NCBI GenBank assembly: GCA_963514005.1
Contig: OY740814.1
Location: 11,222,001-11,286,000 of the forward strand
DNA length: 64,000 bases
From: Raja brachyura
Taxonomy: Eukaryota
Reading direction: 5' to 3'
Shown here in pieces: positions 11,207 through 23,075 of the stretch (position 1 is its first letter; each line of letters opens with the position of its first letter). The notes below the pieces were generated by a model that saw nothing but the letters and a program-made list of their open reading frames with translations, had not been told where the DNA came from and did not search any database. Made by a program: the position numbers and the translations under genes.

Positions 11207-12169
11207 TTGTCCACGAGTCAATGACAGACAACTATCAGGTTGAGTTGGGTCGATACATGACCAACTTTAGTCTTCAGTAAAGATGTTTGAACCAGTTGAG
11301 TTTTCCAGTGTGTCCCCATCCCTAACTCCAAAGTTTAATTCAGTGACAGAAGATGCCCAAAGTCTAACGGACCTAATGCTGTTCCTCATGTTACCGTGTC
11401 TCCAACCTGAATCCCTGACTGTAGTGATGTCGAACACCCAATTGAGAAGCTGATCACAAATTGCAAACATCACAACAGGCTTCTTAAAGGTTACGATATG
11501 TGCCATTTTTTCATTTTGCCATTTAAAAATATTTTTGGTGCTCCATTCCTTTAGCAGTTAATTTTCAGAATTTTTAGAAATTTTCCAAAATAATGCATAG
11601 TTTATTTTTCTGCTGATGTCTGACTAAATCTATACATAAATGGGAAAACTTTTCAAGTATCGGCAGACTTTATAAATTAGTGGGGACGGGGACTCACTGG
11701 AAAACTCAACTTGTTCAAACATCTTTACTGAAGACTAAAGCGGCCCATGTATCGGCTCAACTCAACCTGATAGTTTCCTATCATTGACTCGTGGACAAAC
11801 AACCAAGGTGTAGACAACCAAGGTATTGGTGGTTCCAATAAAGCAGAACCATGTATCTGATGCACGATCACGGACTCTCCTGTCACTGCGTCTCTAGTTA
11901 CTAAATGAAGATTTAATTTACAGCTTGCTCATTTTAAAGATCAACGCAAACCTGCTCATTGGGAACCCACTGCAATTTGGACTAAATGAAACCTTGTGAA
12001 ATTGGGTTGGCTGGAAACTGAGAAGAGGAATGAGTTCCTCAGGCAAAGAATTGTCAAGAAGTTTAAGCAAGGTAGAGAAAACAGGGAGGGATATCCATAT
12101 TCATTTACAAAAATGATGGCTTTCAAAAGTAATTAATTTGCCATTTAACATGCCCCAATGTATTGTGCT

Positions 12170-12990
12170 CGAGTCATAGAACCATACGATGCAGAAACAG
12201 ACCTTTCGTCCCAACTTATTCATGCTGATAAAGTTTCCTAATGGAGCCAGTGCCACATGGGCCTGTATCCTTTAAACCTTTGCTATCCATCTATCTGATT
12301 GTCTTTTAAATGTCATACTGTGCATTCACATCATTAATACAAATAACAACACCAGTGAAAGCCGCACTGATTCCTGTGGTACACCACTTGTTACAGGCAT
12401 CTGGTCTGAAAAACAATCCTCCATTACAGCTCTGTTTCATATCCTTTAGCCAATTATGAATCCATTAGGCTAGCTCCCCCTGATCCTGTGTAATCAGCCT
12501 ACCACGCAGTACCTTGTCAAAGGCCGTGCTGACATATATGTAGACAAAGTCTACTGTTCTACCTTCGTCAATTCTCCTGGTCACCTCTTCAAAAAGCTCT
12601 ATCAAATTGGTGAGACATGATTTCCCATGACTATCCCTGATCACTCCTTACATTTCCAAATGTGTGTAGAGCCTCTCGGACAGAATCTACCACAATAACT
12701 TAACCACCACTCATATTAGGCTCATTGGTCTGTGCTTCCAGCTTTCCTTTGCAGCCATTGTTAAATAGAGGCTTAACGTGAGCTACCTTTCAGTCTTCTA
12801 GCACCACAACCGTGATTAATGGCGATACGCATGTCTCTGTCAGTGGCCCTGTGATTTCTCCCACAACTTCCCACAATGTCCTAGGACATATTTGACCTGG
12901 TCCTGGGCATTCATCTACTTTTAAAGACCTATCTGTAAGACCTCCAGCACCACCTCTTCTGTAAAGTAGACCCTCTTCACAACTTCACCA
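12170..12990 (-). mobile_element. Old CR1-type LINE fragments
   Basis: CR1 tail (gagtcatagaaccatac...) followed by degenerate RT-region sequence such as accttgtcaaaggcc (KAFDKV motif on the minus strand). Confidence 0.65.
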
Positions 12991-13002
12991 TTAACTTGCT
13001 CG

Positions 13003-13323
13003 ATGTTCCCGATGTTGGGGGAGTGCAGAACCAGGGGCCACAGTTTAAGAATAAAGAGTGAGCCATTTAGAGCGGAGATGAGGAACCACTTTTTCTCACA
13101 GAGAGTGGTGAGTATGTGGAATTCTCTGCCTCAGAGGCAGGTTCTCTGGATGCTTTCAAGAAAGAGCTAGATAGAGCTCTTAAAAATAGCGGAGTCAGGG
13201 GATATGGGGAGAAGGCAGGAATGGGGTACTGATTGGGGATGATCAGCCATGATCACATTGAATGGCGGTGCTGGCTCGAAGGGCCAAATGGCCTACTCCT
13301 GCACCTATTGTCTATTGTCTATT
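13003..13323 (+). mobile_element. CR1/HER1-type LINE 3' fragment
   Basis: atgttcccgatgttgggggagtgcagaacc...gcctactcctgcacctattgtctattgtctattg tail. Confidence 0.9.
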
Positions 13324-13617
13324 GAGTTCAATAGCATGCATATCTTTGTCCACGATAAATATGGCTGAGAAACATTCCTCATCTAGTGTTTTCTATTGAC
13401 ATATCCAAGTCTTGAAACCAACCCTATCGAGTTTCAGTTAGATATTAAAATGAGATCAATTTGTAAAAATACAGAAAACATTAGAAGTGCTTGTCGGAAG
13501 TTACTTTAATGGAAGTAAATGATTCAATGGGATAAAGAACCATCGACTTACTGAGGACTGAATGAGATGGCACCTCACCATTTTCCATGGACTATTGAGG
13601 GAGAGTGAATGGGACCA

Positions 13618-13700
13618 GGGTCTCGACCCGAAACGTCGCCTAGCTCCTTCGCTCCTTAGATGCTGCTGCATCCGCTGAGCTCCAGCTTTTTGTGTAACCC
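13618..13700 (+). mobile_element. Short Penelope-derived insert, 13-bp TSD
   Basis: TSD gtgaatgggacca at 13605-13617 and 13701-13713. The insert starts at hammerhead helix II, gggtctcgacccgaaacgtc. Confidence 0.87.
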
Positions 13701-15454
13701 GTGAATGGGACCATGTTCATCCAACATATTTTACAACAGTCGTTCCTCTTTATCGAGCTCTCTCTTCTCCATCTACCAAAGCTGGCACCATTACCCATTG
13801 GAGTGGGGTCAACTTCAAAGGCAGTTGAGCCTGGAAACAAAAAGCTGTATTTGTTAAATGCTTTCAATTTATTGCTCTGCAAATAATTAACTTGATTTTT
13901 CCAACTTTCACATGATGGATGAAATACTTCTATTTCTAAAAGATTTCAAGAATGTCCTCTTAAAAACCTAAAGTCAAGACAGAGGGGAAAGCTGTTTCCT
14001 GTCTCAAGTCTTTAAATGCCAGAATTCATTTATTTTTATTTTCTTGGTTATTTCATCCACAAGTGTCAATTAAGAGGAGAATCAGTCCACCATAATTCCG
14101 CCAAAGCATTCTTCTGAAGTTGGCCATTAATGATTTCCCGTGATAATTACTCTAAAGTAGAGGGGATGATGAGCATTTGCTAAAGCCTTTCTGATCAGAC
14201 CTCACTTTGCATTGACCCGGCGGATACAACACTGAGGAGCTTTTCTTCAAGCCAAAAGGGAACAGGAAGCAAACAATAACTTAGAGCTTTGACAAATCTT
14301 TTGAGGGGAAAAAAAAAGCAATAGTGTACTCCCATTTGTGGCCTTCTTATTAAGCAGGAAATTGCACCCTGTCCCATTCCAGTAAACTCCTCCATGCCTG
14401 GCAACTGATCCTTTCACCCTAAGGCGCCTCCTGAAGTCACGATCATGAAAGAGGTCCAGTTCAACACATCGCCTCCACTTTAATGTCTTTGAGTTGATTA
14501 TTGGCCAAACATTCCAAAATAGGTTTCCTTCAACAAAAACATTGTAAAGCTGACTTCCTGAAGTGGCTGGTGAGAACGAGGAGGAAATATCTACTTTTAC
14601 TTAGATTTCTTCGACTGTCTATCTGAAGGGAAAGTATCCAAATACTCAACTCACTGGAAGTATCCAAATGAGTGAGTGCTTTGTTGTGGGGCCTGTCCAA
14701 TTTATTGATTTTTCACAAAAGGAGAATTACAGGCTTGTTCAGGCTGCTCACCACCAACAGTTGCATGGGGAATATCTGACCGGCCGCTCTATGAAGGTCA
14801 GGTCATTCCCAACATCCACAGCCGTTGTTGGGAACAAGGTGGAAGTCTTGTTGAACTTGGATCTGGACCTTGTGCTCCACTGCAGAGCTTAGTCTTGCAT
14901 TGAGCACAGCAAGGCTCAGCTCTGGGCTCTTCCTGGACATGAACGGCCCATTCCTGCCAATAGTGTCAACAACTTACATGACAAAGGAAGCACAGGTGAA
15001 CCACTTGTCTTCACTTTATTTTACGAATCCTCAATATTTTTAATTTCTCTCATCTAAATGCATCTTACTTCAGCTTCTTTTTGTTTGGTTATCTTTAATT
15101 GATTAAATTACTTAAGTTGATTTTTAAATGTTCCTGATTATTAGGAACGCTTAAAAACAACTCGGAGAACCTACGACAACAATGAGTTGTCAAAAAGCCA
15201 TCTGAGGAGTCTAGGGCATCAGAGCTGCTGAACCTGAAGCCTGATCACTGCTTGTGGACACTCCATTGCCAAGGGTGGTCACAGCAGCAGGACCTGCCTC
15301 TGAACTCCAACCACTGGGTTGCAAAAGTAATGGGAACCAGAGTTTTAGTTCAGGAGGGGGGTGTGACTTCCAGGTTGGCTCAAGAACAATCTCACCCAAT
15401 GTTAATAGGATTTGTTCACAAAACAATTCTGAACCTGGTGATTATAATGAAGTA

Positions 15455-15690
15455 CATAGAACAGTACAGGAAAAAAAAAGGCCCTTCAGCCCACAATGTC
15501 CATGATACCAAGATAAAAGTATCTCTTCTGCCTGAACGTGATCCATATCCCTCCTTTGCATGCATATCCACGTGCCTGTCTAAAAGCACGTGCCTATCTG
15601 CCTCCACCACCAGCCCACCACCAGATAATGCATTCCAGGAAACCACAACTCTCTGTGTAAAAACACACTCTGCCCGCACATCTCCTTTAA
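15455..15690 (-). mobile_element. CR1-type LINE 3' fragment
   Basis: The minus ORF contains FTQRVVVSWNAL...LDRHVD. A CR1 3'UTR follows. Confidence 0.8.
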
Positions 15691-16190
15691 AATTATTTGT
15701 TATTGTTTGCAGCCATCCAAATCTCTTCACAATTAACAAAGTATTGCCGTGATCCGTAGTGACGGATGTTTGGCAGCAAACTGCTGCAGTTATTTGATGT
15801 TCTCCAGGATCCTACAAGGACTAAATCGTAATCTGTGCCCCCTGCTGTTTGTACCATGGGGCTGGCAGCAGGGCCACGGACAAAGGAGATTCACTGGCCT
15901 CATTCACCCAGGGAGAGCGGAGGATCTGCCTGTGTGCCGAGCATGGAGCAGGGAGCGAGGCAGTGTGGGGCGAGGACATGAATATTGAACAGCACTGGCT
16001 TGCAGGTTCACTTCAGGAAACGTTGCCCTTTTACCGACACCGTGCGCTGGTCAGCAAGTGCCTGGGTATGAGGACACTCTGGAAGGTGCAGGAGAAGGAT
16101 GCTCTGATTTGGATTTACAGCCCCTGCTGGAATATCCATAAAATATCTTAGGCCTGATCGAGGTACAGGCTCAATACAGTTACAACAAAA

Positions 16191-16347
16191 GATGTTTCGG
16201 GTCGAGACCCTTCTTCAGATTGGAGAAGGGTCTCGACCTGAAACGTCACCCATTCCTTCTCTCCAGAGATGCTGCCTGTTCCGTTGAGCTACTCCAATTT
16301 TTTGTGTCTATCTTCGACTTAAACCAGCATCTGCAGTTCCTTCTTAC
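16191..16347 (+). mobile_element. Penelope-derived insert with inverted hammerhead head, 15-bp TSD
   Basis: TSD acagttacaacaaaa at 16176-16190 and 16348-16362. A minus-strand core at 16191-16218 abuts a plus-strand core. Confidence 0.88.
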
Positions 16348-17619
16348 ACAGTTACAACAAAACTCAGATAATCCTTTATCTAATTGTTCAGAAATCCCCA
16401 GGGTTTGGAGTCTGGTACACCTCTTAGTCGGGAATGCCAGCGGGTGGTGTGACTGCGTCCATGTTGGTCTCCAGAGCCAGGGTTGGGAACAAAGTTTGTC
16501 AGTGACTTGGGGAGATAGTGGCCGGAGACAGGATCCAGAGAGCTTGTAGAATTCAGCCTGGTTTGACTGAAATAGGCAAACTGAAACACCACAGGTTAAA
16601 CTTTAAACTTGTCATGTTAGTCATAGAGTCAGAAAGTCACAGAGCATGGAAACACACCCTTTGGCTCAACTTGCCTGTAACAACCAAGATGCCCCATCTA
16701 CACTAATCCCATCTGCCTGCATTTGGCTCATATCCCTCTAAATCTTTCCCATATATACTGAAAAAACTTTTAAATTAAAAAGTTTTAATTCTACTGCGGC
16801 ACAGGGAATAATAGTGAAATAAAAATGTGGGGTCATTGCTAGGAGCAACATTTAATCTCCTGGACTATCTGCTGGTTCAGATTGAAGGGTGTTGGAGTTT
16901 TCTATACATAGGAACAGTTCCCAAGACAGTGGGCGAACACATACAGAGCACTACACTGAAGCTCAGGGGCTCATTTTCTGTTTGTAAGATGAGCAAAAAA
17001 GCTTGGCGCATTTCAAGACCAGAAGGCAGGAGAATGCGATTGAGAGGGAAAGATAGATCAGCCACGATTGAATGGTGGAGTAGACTTGACGGGCCAAATG
17101 GCCTCATTTTTCTTCTATAACTTATGAAGACCGTTATTCCTTACATTCTGGGGGTCACATCGGACAATGGCTTATCGTCTCATTCAAAAGACAGCCTCTC
17201 TTGACAGTGTGGCACCCTCTGAGAGCACCACTGAAGTGCCAGATTCAGGTCTCTCTGTAGAGGGCTGTGGAAAGTGGTAATGGGCTCCTGGTGGCAGTGG
17301 GCTGGGGTGCAGTCGAGGGATAGTTCTGAGGAGCTGAGGCTGAGTTGGATCTGCACAGAGAGCAGATCGAATGTTCTTGCTGATGGTGTCTCTCAGTAAT
17401 CCAAGTATTGCCATCTGTTCTTTGTACAACACCCACAAGCAAACAAGCCAAGACTTCCAGTGTTTTTGTAATTCCTGTTACCCTTGTCAGTGTAATTGCT
17501 ATTTATAGGTGACTTGTTGAGTATTAAAAACAGGGTAGATGTTCAGACTGAGCCATCTGGTGGATTCAGGCCAGATAGTCACCTCTTCTGGCAAAACCCA
17601 GTGATGATGGCGTGGAATA

Positions 17620-17750
17620 AAAGGAACTGCCGAGGCTAGATTGTAGCAAAGATCGACACAAAATGCTGGAGTATCTCAGCAGGTCCATTTTCTCCAGTGA
17701 TGCTGCCTGACCCGCTGAGTTATTCCAGCATTTTGTGCCTATCCAGATAA
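17620..17750. mobile_element. Fold-back Penelope-derived insert lacking the hammerhead segment
   Basis: cacaaaatgctggagtatctcagcaggtc ... gacccgctgagttattccagcattttgtg. Confidence 0.7.
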
Positions 17751-18520
17751 AGGCGTCTGCTCCGAATCTGCATTTCTGAATGTGTATTGAGATTCAAATC
17801 AGTTTATTGTCATATGCTCCAGGGTGTCATATGCTCCAGGCTTGTTCGCATGAAGCTCGTAAAGTACACAGCGTATATGTTGACGATGGTTACAACAATA
17901 AATACAATGTTGAGTGCAAAACAGCGGAATAGTGCATAGATTGTAGTGCAATCTGAAGTAGTGCAAAGCTACTTCAAATGGCACTGCTAACTCTCACATC
18001 AGCAGTGAGCTGGGTGTGGACAACCGTCAAAGTAAATAAAACTAAAACAGGGACTAAAATCCCAGCCGCCCAATTCTCTGAGTTAACAGCTGCATTAACT
18101 ACAAAACCCATCAGTCACCCAGCGGGGTGTCCAGAGTTCCTCGAGTGTGATCTATTTTAAAAAGGGAAAGCATTAAAGACTTTGAGGGCCCATGGAATAC
18201 GACAAGTGAATGTGCTGCCGCTGTGACAGTGTGGATGGTACCTCCTCTCCCACACATGCATCACACTGCTGATCTTACGACTTGTGGCTATATACAAACA
18301 GCTGTCCAAAACATGTCCCTCACCTGGCCTAACATTTACTTTGCCAATTCCGTCTTAAGCCAAATTAAAATATCAGCCAAATTAAGCCAAATATCTGAAG
18401 AATATTTAAATTGTTTCTTTCTACTCTCTAAGATTTGTCACTTTGTTTTAATTGCACTTTGCTCGTGGGCTGTGTTGCCATTCATATGTTGTAAAGTTGG
18501 CATTCTGTGTTTCTAATTAG

Positions 18521-18623
18521 GTTGGGAAACTAATCCAGGAAGCAGCTGGGAAGAGCAACCTGAAGAGAGTGACGCTGGAGCTGGGAGGAAAGAGCCCAAA
18601 CATTATCTTTGCAGATGCTGATT
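18521..18623 (+). CDS. ALDH1A2: ALDH1A2 coding exon 8-equivalent (103 bp), absent from the ORF track
   Basis: ttctaattag| acceptor, t|gtaggt donor. Encodes [34 protein letters not shown], including the general-base Glu motif LELGGKSP. Confidence 0.97.
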
Positions 18624-18704
18624 GTAGGTGCTTCTTAAAGTATTGAGTATTGTGTAGAAAGGCATACTAGCACATGTACACATGTGGACGTGCACACATA
18701 CGTG

Positions 18705-19225
18705 NNNNNNNNNNNNNNNNNNNNNNNNNNNNNNNNNNNNNNNNNNNNNNNNNNNNNNNNNNNNNNNNNNNNNNNNNNNNNNNNNNNNNNNNNNNNNNNN
18801 NNNNNNNNNNNNNNNNNNNNNNNNNNNNNNNNNNNNNNNNNNNNNNNNNNNNNNNNNNNNNNNNNNNNNNNNNNNNNNNNNNNNNNNNNNNNNNNNNNNN
18901 NNNNNNNNNNNNNNNNNNNNNNNNNNNNNNNNNNNNNNNNNNNNNNNNNNNNNNNNNNNNNNNNNNNNNNNNNNNNNNNNNNNNNNNNNNNNNNNNNNNN
19001 NNNNNNNNNNNNNNNNNNNNNNNNNNNNNNNNNNNNNNNNNNNNNNNNNNNNNNNNNNNNNNNNNNNNNNNNNNNNNNNNNNNNNNNNNNNNNNNNNNNN
19101 NNNNNNNNNNNNNNNNNNNNNNNNNNNNNNNNNNNNNNNNNNNNNNNNNNNNNNNNNNNNNNNNNNNNNNNNNNNNNNNNNNNNNNNNNNNNNNNNNNNN
19201 NNNNNNNNNNNNNNNNNNNNNNNNN
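18705..19225. other. Assembly gap (521 N) within an ALDH1A2 intron
   Basis: Run of N. The left flank is alternating purine-pyrimidine sequence. The exons on either side join in frame, so no canonical exon is missing. Confidence 0.99.
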
Positions 19226-19384
19226 ATAGAATGGACTGTAGCAATTCCTAGCCTGTGGTTCATGGAGGGAGTAATACTGATGCTTGTGTAATATTTTACT
19301 GTTTCTCAAATGTTAGCTGAATGAAGATTAAGCATCCTCTCCTCAAACATCTTGTGACAGGGAAGCCAGCTAAAGTTAGAAGAA

Positions 19385-19597
19385 AAATAACACAAAGTGC
19401 TGGAGTAACTCAGCATGTCTGGCTGCATCTCTGGACAACGTGGGTAGGTGACGTTTCAGGTCGAGGCCCTTCTTCAGCAGTTTGACCAGAAGCGTCGCCT
19501 GTCCATGCCCTCCAGAGATGCTGCCTGACCTGCTGTGTTACTCCAGCACTTTGACTTTATTTTTGTAAACCAGCGTCTGCATGTCCTTGTATCTCCA
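19385..19597. mobile_element. Fold-back Penelope-derived insert
   Basis: Inverted arms. Minus-strand core CTGAAGAAGGGCCTCGACCTGAAACGTC at 19450-19477. Confidence 0.8.
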
Positions 19598-20062
19598 ATG
19601 AATAAGACAAAGTTTTCCCAATCAGGCCAACCCTTGCATTCTGCTTCCCTGGACAGAATAAAGTAGATTAGGGAGGAGTAAACAGAGAAACAGCTGATAA
19701 AGTAGATTCATTTACTGACCAAGGAGGACTCATAAAGAAAGAATGCAATTTGTTTTCTCCTGCCAAGCATTTAAAGGACAGGAAGATCTCTTAGATCGTT
19801 TCATACTTTGGGGAATACAGTGGTATTTTGGTACCAACCTAGATATCTTCTAGGCTCGCAGATGTTGATGGTGTAAATAAAAAGCTGTACTGCAATCTCA
19901 CAATTTTTTTCGTGATATTTACTTGTGCAGTTTACCATTTTTGTAAACATTTGCTGGGGAAATGTTGATACTTTGGAATTTATTGCCCACTCTGTTCCTG
20001 GCATTTCCGGATACAGGAGAAGTGCTAATGCTGGTTTTTGGGTTCTTGTCTTGTTCTCACAG

Positions 20063-20247
20063 TGAACTACGCTGTGGAACAGGCTCATCAGGGAGTGTTC
20101 TTCAACCAAGGGCAATGCTGCACAGCAGGATCGCGGATCTACGTGGAAGAGCCGATCTATGAGGAGTTTGTCCAAAAAAGTACAGAACGTGCACAGAGGA
20201 GAACAGTAGGAAACCCTTTTGATCCGGCCACTGAGCAAGGGCCCCAA
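20063..20247 (+). CDS. ALDH1A2: ALDH1A2 coding exon 9-equivalent (185 bp)
   Basis: ctcacag| acceptor (phase 1), caa|gtaaga donor. Encodes [62 protein letters not shown], with the catalytic Cys motif FNQGQCC. Confidence 0.97.
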
Positions 20248-20855
20248 GTAAGATTTTTTCTCTCAAGCAAAGCAAACAAAAATATGACTGTGTCAATATT
20301 CATCCACTTTTATTATGGAGGAGATTTTTGTATCATGCTGTATCTTAGTTTTTTAGGAGCTCTGGACGTGGGTCTTTGTTTAAAGAGAATCAAAACACAA
20401 TGTTCATCCTGTGCCATCCATCACATTAAAAACATCTGAAGGAAACAGTTAATGTTAATCTTAATAAACCCCGCAAATATTAGCATCACATTCCAGAGGA
20501 AGACAGACTTCTGATGTTTGTACTTCTTGGCATAAGGCTGTTTCTGCCCTGTGTTATAAGGTTGCATATTTCACAGAACAATATACATGGTTCTTTATAG
20601 TTTGATATAGTATTGTTATATTTTTCAGTACAATATTCGTTTGATTTTATTGTGAAACAGAGTAAAGCTGTTTTATTTTTACAATGTATTTTTTTCTCTG
20701 GTATGTTGTATACACCACTTATTTTTCCAAAATGAGATATAAAAAAGTTCTGCACGCATCATGAGGTAGAATCTGGTGTGATATCGTGCCAAATGCTACA
20801 GTCATTTGGCTTGCGATGATGGATTGCTGCAATGAAGGATTTCATTTGTTTTCAG

Positions 20856-21020
20856 ATTGACAAACTACAATGCGATAAAGTCCTTGAACTTGTGTTCAGT
20901 GGGATTGCCGAGGGAGCAAAGCTCGAGTGTGGTGGTAAATCACTGGGAAAGAAAGGCTTCTTCATTGAACCAACTGTCTTCTCAAATGTGACGGATGATA
21001 TGCGGATAGCAAAGGAAGAG
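20856..21020 (+). CDS. ALDH1A2: ALDH1A2 coding exon 10-equivalent (165 bp)
   Basis: ttttcag| acceptor, gag|gtacaa donor. Encodes [55 protein letters not shown]. Confidence 0.96.
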
Positions 21021-21154
21021 GTACAAGAGTCCAAACACCCGTCTAATTGCTCTTTAAAGTGATTCGATTCTGCCATTCAACGCAACTCTTCGGAATGCTA
21101 CTCTGCTGCCAAATTTCCCATTTAATTCTGAGCATTTTCCTTTATTTATTTCAG

Positions 21155-21312
21155 ATTTTTGGCCCAGTTCAACTCATTATCAAGTTTAAAACCATGGAAG
21201 AAGTGGTGGAAAGGGCCAATGATTCGCAGTTCGGATTGGTAGCCGCTGTATTCACCAAGGATATTGATAAAGCATTAACAGTTTCTGCGGCAATGCAGGC
21301 TGGGACAGTCTG
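21155..21312 (+). CDS. ALDH1A2: ALDH1A2 coding exon 11-equivalent (158 bp)
   Basis: atttcag| acceptor, tg|gtaaga donor (phase 2). Encodes [53 protein letters not shown]. Confidence 0.96.
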
Positions 21313-21429
21313 GTAAGAGAGGGTATGGTGTTCCGATTGTATCTACACAGGCATGGTGGAAATGGGACTGTCCACAATGAGGTTATTGACTTAATTACCC
21401 TGAGCAGTCTGATCCTTGACTCCCTTACA

Positions 21430-21692
21430 AACTTAGGTTTGTGAGGGGGGGGCGATTTAATAGGAACATGAGAGGCAACTTTTTTACACAAAGGGTGATG
21501 GATACATGGACCAGAGGAGGTAGTTGAGGCAGGTACTATCACAACTTTAAAAAAACCTTTGGACAGATACATGGATAGGATGTTTAGAAAGAACCAAATG
21601 CAGGCAGGTGGGACTAGTGTAGATGGGGCAAGTTGATTGGCGTGGGCAAGTTGGGCCAAAGTGCCTGTTTCCATGCTGTTCTCTGTGACTCA
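21430..21692 (+). mobile_element. CR1-type LINE 3' fragment
   Basis: ggtttgtgagggggg...tttacacaaagggtg...gggccaaagtgcctgtttccatgctgt. The tail is shared with the V-SINEs. Confidence 0.82.
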
Positions 21693-22194
21693 ATGTTGTT
21701 CACATCAGTCCAGGAAAGCTCTGCTTGTGAGGTTTTTCAAGATAGTTTTGCTCAAATGTGATGGATTCACTCAACTGTCCACAGAGAATCAAAAATAAGT
21801 AAATCTTGCAAAGGTTTGTTCATATGTTGCCTACCAGGAGCACAGACTGGGAAACCTTTCTTTCAGCTCCCTACCACGGTACTCTCTTCAGAATGGAGCC
21901 TTTACAAAATGTAGAATTCCAACACATCAACGATTTGGCAAATGTTTACTTTTAACATAGACGGCAAGTAATCAATGAATTAATTATCAAGGAACAAAGC
22001 AGCATTGTGAGCTACATTTCCAATAGCAATACGTATTTACCTTTCAAAACAAGGGAAGCGGAGCCTTTACCAAATGCAACATTACCAATTTATACCAACC
22101 GATCCCATTGGAATTTAGCCCAATCAACGCATTGAACCTGTGATGTCTTCTTAATCCTGCAAATATTTCACTTACAAAATGAATAACATCTGCA

Positions 22195-22290
22195 GGTGGA
22201 CAAAAGTGCTGGAGAAACTCAGTGGGTGCAGCAGCATCTATGGAGCGAAGGAAATGGGCAACGTTTCGGGCTGAAACCCTTCTTCAGACT
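22195..22290 (-). mobile_element. Short Penelope-derived insert with hammerhead core
   Basis: The minus strand reads CTGAAGAAGGGTTTCAGCCCGAAACGTT (22260-22287). Confidence 0.82.
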
Positions 22291-22634
22291 GCAAGGTTAT
22301 GTGAAAGGATCAAGGGGAATATCACAGATTCAACGGGCTGAAAGGCTTATATCTAAGCTCTTTCAACCAATGCTTCCCAAACCTAACACACACACGCACT
22401 ATGTAAAATGATTCTCACCTCTCCAGTCACTGTTTTGACGGATATCTTAAATCAGCGTTCTCTGGTTGCCAATCTTCTTTCCAATGGAAAGAATATCTCC
22501 CTATTTAATCCTTATATTTAAATTAAATCCCCCTTAACCTATTTCTGTTCACTCATCCTTAATATTCCCAATAAATCAGCATCCTGGTCTTGACACTGCG
22601 ATGGCCCAGAAACAGGACCTAACAGTGACTTATC

Positions 22635-23075
22635 AATTCAAGCCAAGTCACGTTTATTGTCATATGCACAAGTATGGTGCAGTACAAGTACATTGAAAAT
22701 CTTGTTTGCAACAGCTTCACATAGACTCAGTCAACATACAAATCCTTAAATTATACATAAATTACATGTAAATTTTACAAGACAGTGAAAAGAAAAGGAC
22801 TGCGCAAACAAAAGACAAGGCACTGACACAAAACAAAATTGAAAAGATAACACAGGCCCTGCAGGGTGGTTCAAGAAGCTAGTAGTTGTAGGAAAGTAAC
22901 TCTTTGCTGAACCTGGTGATATGGGACTTCAGGTACCTCTTACCTGATGGTAGTAGCATTGCAGAGTGCATTGCCCAAGTGGTGGGAAACCTTGCTGATA
23001 GATGCTGTGATCTTGAGGCATCGCCCCATGTAGATGCTTTCTATGGAGAGGGCTGAGTCCACCAATTTCTCAGCC
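22635..23075 (-). mobile_element. Rex1/Babar-like LINE 3' fragment
   Basis: tttattgtcatatgcac terminus (tgacaataaa on the minus strand) and ggttcaagaagc...tgaacctggtg...cttcagg body. Similar pieces occur at ~17790-17980 and 33030-33610. Confidence 0.6.

Larger units (their letters stand above)
10914..11861. repeat. Long inverted repeat (~180-bp arms), left arm interrupted by two insertions
   Basis: 11207-11322 is the reverse complement of ~11683-11798. 10914-10926 plus 11016-11072 match ~11790-11861. Confidence 0.88.

Noticed and set aside
14795-14806. Retinoic-acid response element (aggtcaggtca)
   Set aside because: The half-sites overlap and do not have DR1/DR2/DR5 spacing. I found no convincing RARE by eye, but a motif scan is needed.
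18603-19309. Six long ORFs of 181-224 aa
   Set aside because: They are artefacts of the N gap.
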